A stretch of DNA of 64,000 nucleotides from contig CANHQZ010000002.1 in the NCBI GenBank assembly GCA_947463125.1, forward strand, positions 46,951 to 110,950, written 5' to 3'. Shown here in pieces: positions 1 through 7,495 of this stretch. The position numbers were made by a program, and so were the translations under genes. Source of the stretch: Flavobacteriales bacterium. Its GTDB lineage: Bacteria; Bacteroidota; Bacteroidia; NS11-12g; UBA955. The notes beneath the pieces are model-generated. The model had not been told where the DNA came from, made no database searches, and saw only the letters and a program-made list of their open reading frames with translations. Numbering within the stretch: the stretch's first letter is position 1; each line of letters begins with the position of its first letter.

Positions 1-124
1 GACCCGCAATTTCTTTTTTGATCTTTTCAAGCTCTTCGCGCTTTTGCAGCACATCGCTTTTTTTTCCGCCACAGGCATGAATAAGTAATGCAGTGCCGAG
101 CAGTATGAAGGATTGTATTCTCAT
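1..124 (-). CDS. Efflux transporter periplasmic adaptor (membrane-fusion lipoprotein), N-terminal fragment truncated by the window edge
   Basis: Minus-strand ATG at 122-124 reads out of the window as MRIQSFILLGTALLIHACGGKKSDVLQKREELEKIKKEIAG. This is a signal peptide with a Cys lipobox-like site. It is co-oriented and immediately downstream of the TetR and TolC-like genes, the typical TetR-OMP-MFP-(RND) order. It is absent from the ORF track because the ORF is open-ended. Confidence 0.4.
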   Translation of the reverse strand, partial: MRIQSFILLGTALLIHACGGKKSDVLQKREELEKIKKEIAG

Positions 125-140
125 GATTTTGAATTGTTTA

Positions 141-1499
141 TTATTTTAAGATATCGTTTCCAAGGGCTTTTTTAAGTTCCAGTTTTGCCATTACCAAATC
201 GTATAGCGCATTCAGGTAGTTTGCCTGGCCGGTCTTTAAATCCGTCTCGGCTTGCAGCAATTCCAATGCACTGCCTACGCCTTCTTTGTACTTGAACACA
301 GTGCTGGCATAAATGTTATTTGCCAGCTGAACATTTTGTTTTTGAACAGCCACCATTTCCAGTTGGGTTTGATAGGTTCTCAGTGCATTTTCGTATTCCA
401 TATTCGCCGCATTCTGGAAGGTTTTAATATCGTTCATGGTTTTGGTTCGCCTGATTTTAACGTCTGCGATGGCGGCCTTGGAACGAAGTCCGTCAAACAG
501 GGACATACTAAGATTTAAACCAAAAGCAGTGCTTGGAACCCAGTTGTTGTTGGGTGTGAGGTTTGACTGAAAGAAGTTAAATTCCGGACGCTGTGTTGTT
601 TGCTGGTGCTGTAAAAAACCAACAAGGGTGGGGAATTTCCCTACTTTGTACCGTTTTTCTTCAAGGTAACTGATGGACAGGCTTTTGTTCAGCAGCTGAT
701 ATTCAAAGCGGTTTTTAATATCAAACGGTTCGTTTCCTACCGGAATGGTTTTGTCAAGTGACTCTAAGTCATCGGAGAGCGAAATGGGGTTTTGAACCGG
801 CATGCCGATTTGAATTTTCAGTAAATTCAGCGAAGCGGCAGAAGCCAGCAGCAGTTTTTCTTTTTGAACCTTCAGGTTGGTAAGGCTGAACTCAAGGCGC
901 TGCACGTCCAGCTTCTCGGCAAACCCTTCTTTGTTGAGTGCCTTCACATCGTTCAGGCTTTTTTCCAGCAAGGCAATATTGCTGTTAATCAGGGAAATGT
1001 TCTTTTGCAGTGTCAGTGTCATGAGGTATGCTTTTGAGACGTTCAGCGCAACATCGCTGCGGGTTTTACCTGCCATTGTTCTGCTAATATCCATTACCTC
1101 CCTGGCTGCTTTCAGACCCAGCAGAAAGCTGCCACTGTAAATGAGCTGGTTCATGCTTACAGTGGCGTTGGATGCAATGGGCTGCTGGAACTGCAGGAAA
1201 ACATACTCAGGTGCACCCGGACTGGGAACAAAGTTCTTTACCCAGTTTCCCGGAACCTGCGTGTATTGAAGAAAGTTGGCATTGACGGATACCTGTGGTA
1301 AACCGGAAGCGGTCACCTGGTTTACAGCCTGTCGGCTGATTTCAACATCTGCTGCCGAATTTTGAATGGCGGCGCTGTTGGTTTCAGCATATCGCAGTGC
1401 ATCGGCAAGACTCATTTTCAGGGTATCCTGCCCAAAAAGCGGACGGCTGAAACACATTGCCACAAGTGGCACAATAATTCTGTATACGTAGTTCATCAC
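141..1499 (-). CDS. TolC-family outer membrane efflux protein
   Basis: 452 aa with an N-terminal signal peptide and two OEP-type repeats. It overlaps the TetR stop by 4 nt, so the two genes form an operon. Confidence 0.8.
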   Translation of the reverse strand: MMNYVYRIIVPLVAMCFSRPLFGQDTLKMSLADALRYAETNSAAIQNSAADVEISRQAVNQVTASGLPQVSVNANFLQYTQVPGNWVKNFVPSPGAPEYVFLQFQQPIASNATVSMNQLIYSGSFLLGLKAAREVMDISRTMAGKTRSDVALNVSKAYLMTLTLQKNISLINSNIALLEKSLNDVKALNKEGFAEKLDVQRLEFSLTNLKVQKEKLLLASAASLNLLKIQIGMPVQNPISLSDDLESLDKTIPVGNEPFDIKNRFEYQLLNKSLSISYLEEKRYKVGKFPTLVGFLQHQQTTQRPEFNFFQSNLTPNNNWVPSTAFGLNLSMSLFDGLRSKAAIADVKIRRTKTMNDIKTFQNAANMEYENALRTYQTQLEMVAVQKQNVQLANNIYASTVFKYKEGVGSALELLQAETDLKTGQANYLNALYDLVMAKLELKKALGNDILK

Positions 1500-2122
1500 A
1501 AGTTTTCTTTTTCAAAGTTTAACCAGCTGATCTCTTTAAAAAGGTTTTTGCCTTTTTCTGTGGTAACAGCATGTAAGTGGTATTTTATGGTTTCAATGTA
1601 TTCTTCCCGGAAACTTCTGATTTCCTCTCCATCAAACAGCGTGTTCTGAAACATGGAAAAAATCAGACACATATATATACGTGCCACTCGGCTGCGATGC
1701 ATGTCCTCTCTGAAAAGACCGAGTTCAACGCCTTTTTGTAGATTTTGGTCAACGCTCTGCAATGCAAAGCGGTTTCGGTGTTCTGTCAGGTGCGTGTAGC
1801 TTGCAGGATAGAATTTTTGTAAATCGAACAATACGGAAGGGTGGACATTCTTGTTCATTTCCAGCACGAAATCGGCGATCTTGGCTATCTGCAACACAGG
1901 GTTTGCCTCCGATGTCATAATCTGGGTGGTGTTTTTTTCCATTTCGGCAATGTGCATTGAAATGGTGTCAAATACCAGCTGGTCTTTATCCTGATAATGT
2001 TTGTAGATGGTCTTTTTTGACATGGACAAGGCCTTGGCTACATCGTCCATAGATACACTCCTCACACCAAGTTCCATGAAAAGTTTAGCCGCCGTCCTCA
2101 AAATCCTTTCCTGCACTTCCAT
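1496..2122 (-). CDS. TetR/AcrR family transcriptional regulator
   Basis: The N-terminal HTH (ILRTAAKLFMELGVRSVSMDDVAKALSMSKKTIYKHY) is a canonical TetR_N. It is the first gene of the efflux operon. Confidence 0.85.
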   Translation of the reverse strand: MEVQERILRTAAKLFMELGVRSVSMDDVAKALSMSKKTIYKHYQDKDQLVFDTISMHIAEMEKNTTQIMTSEANPVLQIAKIADFVLEMNKNVHPSVLFDLQKFYPASYTHLTEHRNRFALQSVDQNLQKGVELGLFREDMHRSRVARIYMCLIFSMFQNTLFDGEEIRSFREEYIETIKYHLHAVTTEKGKNLFKEISWLNFEKENL

Positions 2123-2147
2123 AATGGCGCTGCAAAAGTAAGAAAAT

Positions 2148-2171
2148 AAACCAAGGAAACCAAGAAGGTTT
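2148..2171 (-). terminator. Weak candidate terminator downstream of sppA
   Basis: AAACC-aagaa-GGTTT hairpin at 2157..2171, followed on the minus strand by a T-rich tract. It is short and imperfect. Confidence 0.25.
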
Positions 2172-2206
2172 GCAAAGTTTCCTGCGGAGGTGATGCTGAT
2201 TTCTTA

Positions 2207-3967
2207 TTAGTGAATTTGAATGTCAAACGGCATGCGCATGTATACACCGCGGCTGTTCATGACCCTTTTCATCTCGGCATAGGGGAGGTGCAGCATACCC
2301 ATTTCTTTTTTGATCCACTGGTCTGTTGCTTCGGCTGTTCCGGCTTTGCCAAAAAGCAGTTCCAGGGTAGATTTTTGCTTGGGCATGCTGACAATCCGGT
2401 ATTTTTTCAGTTTTGCTTTTGCAGCCGCGCTGCTGATGGCTCTTTGAAGCCCACCGTAGGCATCTGTTAGGTTAAGGTTTTTGGCATAAATACCGGTATA
2501 AACGTGCCCTTCGGCAAGTTGTTTTACCCTGCCGGTATCCATGTGTCTGCCCTTAGCCACGATTCCGGTGAAATCTTCATAAATATCATTTACCATCCCC
2601 TGAAAATAACTGCGCATTCCCTGGCTAAGCGGTTCGTCGGGACGCCAGGTAACGGCATAATCACCGGTAAGAACGGTTTCGTAACTCAGCCCCAGTTTTT
2701 CCTTATACATCTTGGATGTATTGGGAATCATGGCAAACACACCTATGCTGCCTGTAATGGTAGTGGGTTGGGCGAAAATACTGTCTGCCAGACATGCGAT
2801 ATAATAGCCTCCGCTGGCAGCAACGCCACCGAAACTGGCAATCACCGGCTTAACCTTGCGCATCAGTTCAATTTCGCGGGCAATTATATCGCTGGCATTG
2901 CTGCTTCCTCCCGGGCTGTTTACCCTAAGCACAACGGCTTTGATATTGCTGTCAAGCCTTGCCTTCTTTAGTGTTGCGGCCAGCGATGTGCTCCCAATAC
3001 CGTCACCCGATTCATTGTTTCCCATGTTTATTTCGCCGGAGGCATAAATGACGGCAATTTTAGCATCGCCTTCACCGGTATTCCAGCTTCCCTTGGCATA
3101 TTCTTCAAAGGCATATTTGTTCAGTTTTTTACCGGGTTTGCTCTGTGATAGCTGTATCAGTTCATATTCCACCTGGTCTTCATACTTCAATCCGTCTACC
3201 AGTTTGTATTGCAGGGCAAGATTTGCATTGCGTGCCCTGAAATTATTGGCAATGTCTGCAACGGTTGCGGAATCCATATTTCGCGATGCGGCAATGTTTT
3301 TCATGCAATATCCAAACAGACTGAAAACGTAGTCGCGTACCTGTTCACGGTTAGCATCACTCATTTTATTTTGTATAAATGGCTCAACCGCACTTTTATA
3401 TTTTCCTGCCTTGAAGACCTCAAACTCAAGGCCGAGTTTGTCGAGCATTCCTTTGTAAAGTGCTGTCTGTCCGGCATATCCGTTAAACTCAAGTATCCCT
3501 TTTGGATTCAGATAAATCTTGTTACAGGCCGATGCGATGTAGTAGCCTGCGTCTGAAAAGAGCTCAGCATAGGCAATTACGAACTTGCCCGTTTTGCGGA
3601 ATTCCAGGATTTTCTGTCTGATTTCTTCGGCGGTCCCCATGCTTCCTGCATACAAATCGGTACGCAGGTAAACCCCTTTAATTTTATCGTCTTTGGCAGC
3701 CTTGTCGAGGCCGAAAAGAATTGCATTGAGACCGACCGGAGATAATTCTTCGCCGGAAACGGAAAGTTCTGATAAAGGATCGTCCGCAGCCCTGTCGGGT
3801 ATGTCGCCTGTCAAGGTTAGTTCAAGAACGGTGTTGTTTTTAACCTCCGGTTTTTCACCCATGCTTCCGGCTATGCCACCTATAACAGCGGCAAAAAAGA
3901 AAATAATCAGCACCATGCCGATGAAAAAACCGATGATGCTGGCAAATATATTTTTCAGGAATCCCAT
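2207..3967 (-). CDS. sppA: Signal peptide peptidase SppA (67K type, protease IV)
   Basis: 586 aa with an N-terminal TM segment and a duplicated ClpP/crotonase-like S49 peptidase fold. The length and architecture match the 67K SppA type. Confidence 0.85.
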   Translation of the reverse strand: MGFLKNIFASIIGFFIGMVLIIFFFAAVIGGIAGSMGEKPEVKNNTVLELTLTGDIPDRAADDPLSELSVSGEELSPVGLNAILFGLDKAAKDDKIKGVYLRTDLYAGSMGTAEEIRQKILEFRKTGKFVIAYAELFSDAGYYIASACNKIYLNPKGILEFNGYAGQTALYKGMLDKLGLEFEVFKAGKYKSAVEPFIQNKMSDANREQVRDYVFSLFGYCMKNIAASRNMDSATVADIANNFRARNANLALQYKLVDGLKYEDQVEYELIQLSQSKPGKKLNKYAFEEYAKGSWNTGEGDAKIAVIYASGEINMGNNESGDGIGSTSLAATLKKARLDSNIKAVVLRVNSPGGSSNASDIIAREIELMRKVKPVIASFGGVAASGGYYIACLADSIFAQPTTITGSIGVFAMIPNTSKMYKEKLGLSYETVLTGDYAVTWRPDEPLSQGMRSYFQGMVNDIYEDFTGIVAKGRHMDTGRVKQLAEGHVYTGIYAKNLNLTDAYGGLQRAISSAAAKAKLKKYRIVSMPKQKSTLELLFGKAGTAEATDQWIKKEMGMLHLPYAEMKRVMNSRGVYMRMPFDIQIH

Positions 3968-4220
3968 AAAATTTCAACTTTTCGTCTTACGAAGATAACC
4001 GGCAATGAAAATGTAAAACAATGTTTCATCGTTTAACATTATCAATTACGCGATTAAGGGAGTTTTTAATATTGTTTTGCAGTTTCCTTATTTACAAAGA
4101 ACTTTGGGCACAAAATTTGGCTTATTGTAGTTAATATGAATTCAAAAACATTCAATTCCCTTTAATTACGCAGTTTTAGACTGTTTGAGAAGGTGGAGTT
4201 TGTTTTAATGTACAGTTTTT

Positions 4221-7200
4221 GTGTTTATAATAATATACAAATCAGTGCTTATGAAAAACAACATTACGAAATCAATCTTACTGGCTTCTGCAGTTATTCT
4301 TACCGCAAAGCTCCATGCACAGCAGACCATCGGACTGCAAATGGGTAACCACAATGCTTCTTATGCCTATGCATTGAATCCTGCACAGACCTATTCCAGC
4401 AAAAACCGGTTTTATTTCAACTTCTGGGGCGCCGGTGCGGGATTCACTAACAATTTTCTGACCTATTCAGCCCCTTTCAGCCTTTGGCAAATGGGTGCCG
4501 GAAATTATCCAGATAAATACAAGAATGCGGCAGGCAACCTGGATTTTAATCCATCCTGGCTGAAACTCGACGGAAATACAGATAACTGGAAACTGTACTA
4601 TCTGGATGAAGCCTATGGACCGTCCATGCACTTCAGGATAACTCCGAGAACCGCCATCGGTTTTGGTATAAAGTCGGTGGCCGGAATGAGTATTACCGGC
4701 GTTAATAAAAACCTGGGCAATCTTTTCAAGTTTGGCCTGGATAGCAATGGACAGGGTTTTTCGGGCCCAAATGGTGCGCAAATTGGCGTGGATTATGACA
4801 TTTCAAGGTTCTCCATCAACACAGACAAGTGGCAAGAGTGGTTCTTTTCTCTGGCTGGTGTTACCCGTGACAAGGGACGTCATTTTACCAAATGGGGCGC
4901 TACCGGAAAAATGCTGCTGGGCATGGGTGCAGCGCATCTGGGTTCAACCGGAGGCACTTACCGTTTCAATAACTATAACCAAGTGCAGTTTAATAATTTG
5001 CAATCTACCTGGTTTCATACCGACGATGAAAGTGCAACACGCACCCTTACCAGCCCTTTTGGGATGAAATTTGATTTTCTCCAGGGTGGAGGTTTGGGCG
5101 CCGATATTGGTTTTATGTATGAAAACCGGCCGGAAAAAGGCAGAAAGCGCTATAATAATCCCTGGTTTGATTGCCTGGATGAAGATAAAAACGAATATAG
5201 ATGGCGTTTTGGATCCAGTTTGACCGACCTCGGCTTTATTGTTTATGGTGGTCAAAACAGGCTGATAAACAATAAAAACGCTACATGGAACGTGAACAGA
5301 AACCTGGTAAATACATATCAGGGTTTTGGCACGGATCCGCTGACCAATGTGAGTACCGGTTTTTACGACAGCCTGAATTCGGATGCTGCCAACAATTTTG
5401 TCACCACTACGCCTGCCGCCTTGAATGTGCAGTTTGATCGCAGTTTTGGCAATGATTTCTATCTTGGGGTAAACTGGACCCACAGTTTGAAAGGCGATTA
5501 TGCCTGGGGTGTCCGCCGTGCCTCATTCCTCAGTGCCGTTCCTCGCTGGGAAACCGAACATGCTGAAATTGGCATGCCACTGACCCTTACAAGGGATTAT
5601 GAACAATTGAATGTTGGATTATACGGACGTTTAGGCCCATTCACACTGGGAACAGACAACCTTGCAGGAATCATGAAGTATGCCTCCAAAGGTGAATATA
5701 CCGGAGCAAATGTTTATTTCGGTGTGCGTTTGAAGCTGGAAGCCTGCGGCTGGTGGTACTACAGATCAAAAGAATACAAGGATTCCGTAAGAAATACCAA
5801 AACAGAAGTTCAAAAGAACGATACTTTCTGGAAGAGGGATACTATTACAGTCATTAAGCGCGATACCATCCGCAAGACAGATACGGTTGTAAAGTATAAA
5901 AATACCGAAGTGAGGCCCGATCTCAGGAATAAAGAAGAGGAGCTGCGCAAAAAAGAGGCAGAGCTGAGGGCAAAAGAAGAAGATTTGCGCAAACGGGAAC
6001 AGAACATTACCGGTACCGGGGGCAATTGCAAAGCTTGTCAGGATGAACTGCTTTTTGTGAGACAGCAACTCACCAATACCCGTGACCAATTATCCAGGAT
6101 TCGCACCCAACTGGATGATTGCAACCGCAATAAGGCTGTAATTACCGCAGAAAATGAAGATTTGAAAAAGAGAAATGCGGCACTGGCTGCCGAGGTAGAC
6201 AAACTGAAGCGGGAGAACGCCGTATTGCGACTTAACACCAATCCCTGCGACAGACAGGTGAGGAGTCGGGATTCACTGCTGGCCGTGGAAAGAGAGAGAA
6301 ATGCCCGCATTCAGGCTGAGCTTGACAAGAAGAAGGCAGATTGTGATATAGTGCAGAAAGAATTGGATAATACCAAAAAAAGGGTATCGGTGCTGGAAGC
6401 GGAAGTGGCGGAAGGCAAAAAGAGAATTGCCGTTTTGGAAACCGAATTGTCTAATTGCAGGCTGGGCAACGCAGGAAGCAATGCTGATTGCCTAAACAGG
6501 GTGAAACAGCTGGAAGCTCAGATTGCTGCTGAAAAACAGAAAAATGCAGCCCTTGAGAAAGATCTTGCCGACACCAAAGTGAAACTGGATGCCGAAGTTA
6601 AGAAAAATGCCACACTGATGCTTGATCTCGATGCCTGCCGTAAGGCTTCTGCGCTGGATAAAAAACGGATTGCTGAACTGGAAGCCTTGCTAAAAAACAG
6701 CAACAGCGGTGATTGCGGACCGTTTAAACAAAGAATTGCAGAACTGGAGGCGGAGGTTGCAACGCTGAAAGCCAACCAGGATAAGCAAACAAAGACCATT
6801 TCCGAACTGGAAGCCAAGCTGAAAAACGGAAGTGGTTCAGAAGAGCTGAATAAGTGCAAGGCCGATCTGGAAGCTGCCAGAAAGCGTATTGCAGAGCTGG
6901 AAGCTGAATTGGTAAATATAAAAAAACAGCGAGATCAGTATCAGGCAGAACTGGAGGCCAACAAGAAGAAAGTGGCTGAACTGGAAGCTAAGCTTAAAGA
7001 CTGCGAAAGCAAGGGGAATAGCTGCACTGAATGTGAGGAAGAACTGGCTCAGATTAAAATTCAGCTGGAGCAGAAAGAAAATGCTTACAATGCGCTCAGA
7101 GAGGAACAAAAGGCTTGCATAAAAGCCCTTGAATCTACCAGAGCCAAACTGACTGAAGCAGAAAACAAGCTGAAAAATGGAGCCGGTGACAAGAGCAACA

Positions 7201-7445
7201 AGGAAAAAGAACTGCAGGCTGAAATTGACAGGCTGAATTTAATCATCCTGCAGTTGAATGCGGATGTTAAAGCGCGTCAGAATTCACTGGATGACCTAAA
7301 AGAGGCATACGAAAAACTCGAGAACAGCAATGCTGAACTGGCAGGCAGAATAAAAACCATGCAGGCCGAACTCGATTTGCTGAAGAATCAGATCAACACA
7401 CTGCGTATGCAATTAAAAGAATGTCAGGAGGCAAGCGGCAAATAA
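4221..7445 (+). CDS. Secreted hypothetical protein: putative outer-membrane beta-barrel domain fused to a long Cys-rich coiled coil
   Basis: It has a signal peptide. The first ~520 aa are Gly/aromatic-rich beta-type sequence ending ...GANVYFGVRLKL. From ~aa 540 to 1074 it is an uninterrupted heptad-type coiled coil with repeated KRIAELEAEL-like units and about 20 regularly placed Cys residues. Confidence 0.6.
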   Translation: MFIIIYKSVLMKNNITKSILLASAVILTAKLHAQQTIGLQMGNHNASYAYALNPAQTYSSKNRFYFNFWGAGAGFTNNFLTYSAPFSLWQMGAGNYPDKYKNAAGNLDFNPSWLKLDGNTDNWKLYYLDEAYGPSMHFRITPRTAIGFGIKSVAGMSITGVNKNLGNLFKFGLDSNGQGFSGPNGAQIGVDYDISRFSINTDKWQEWFFSLAGVTRDKGRHFTKWGATGKMLLGMGAAHLGSTGGTYRFNNYNQVQFNNLQSTWFHTDDESATRTLTSPFGMKFDFLQGGGLGADIGFMYENRPEKGRKRYNNPWFDCLDEDKNEYRWRFGSSLTDLGFIVYGGQNRLINNKNATWNVNRNLVNTYQGFGTDPLTNVSTGFYDSLNSDAANNFVTTTPAALNVQFDRSFGNDFYLGVNWTHSLKGDYAWGVRRASFLSAVPRWETEHAEIGMPLTLTRDYEQLNVGLYGRLGPFTLGTDNLAGIMKYASKGEYTGANVYFGVRLKLEACGWWYYRSKEYKDSVRNTKTEVQKNDTFWKRDTITVIKRDTIRKTDTVVKYKNTEVRPDLRNKEEELRKKEAELRAKEEDLRKREQNITGTGGNCKACQDELLFVRQQLTNTRDQLSRIRTQLDDCNRNKAVITAENEDLKKRNAALAAEVDKLKRENAVLRLNTNPCDRQVRSRDSLLAVERERNARIQAELDKKKADCDIVQKELDNTKKRVSVLEAEVAEGKKRIAVLETELSNCRLGNAGSNADCLNRVKQLEAQIAAEKQKNAALEKDLADTKVKLDAEVKKNATLMLDLDACRKASALDKKRIAELEALLKNSNSGDCGPFKQRIAELEAEVATLKANQDKQTKTISELEAKLKNGSGSEELNKCKADLEAARKRIAELEAELVNIKKQRDQYQAELEANKKKVAELEAKLKDCESKGNSCTECEEELAQIKIQLEQKENAYNALREEQKACIKALESTRAKLTEAENKLKNGAGDKSNKEKELQAEIDRLNLIILQLNADVKARQNSLDDLKEAYEKLENSNAELAGRIKTMQAELDLLKNQINTLRMQLKECQEASGK
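6360..7010 (+). repeat. Intragenic degenerate tandem repeats (GAACTGGAAGC core) encoding IAELEA coiled-coil units
   Basis: The core ...(att/gtg)gc(a/t)ga(a/g)ctgga(a/g)gc... recurs at ~6373, 6427, 6667, 6733, 6799, 6889 and 6973. Spacings of 54 to 240 nt give the repeated (K/R)(I/V)AELEA peptide. Confidence 0.5.
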
Positions 7446-7467
7446 ATTGGCCGTATGCAATCAACGA

Positions 7468-7494
7468 AAAGGGCGTCTTATGACGCCTTTTTTT
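7468..7494. terminator. Bidirectional rho-independent terminator between convergent genes
   Basis: GGCGTC-ttat-GACGCC hairpin flanked by an A-run 5' and a T7 run 3'. It lies in the ~50-nt gap between the stop of 4221..7445 (+) and the stop of 7496..9949 (-). Confidence 0.75.
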
Positions 7495-7495
7495 A

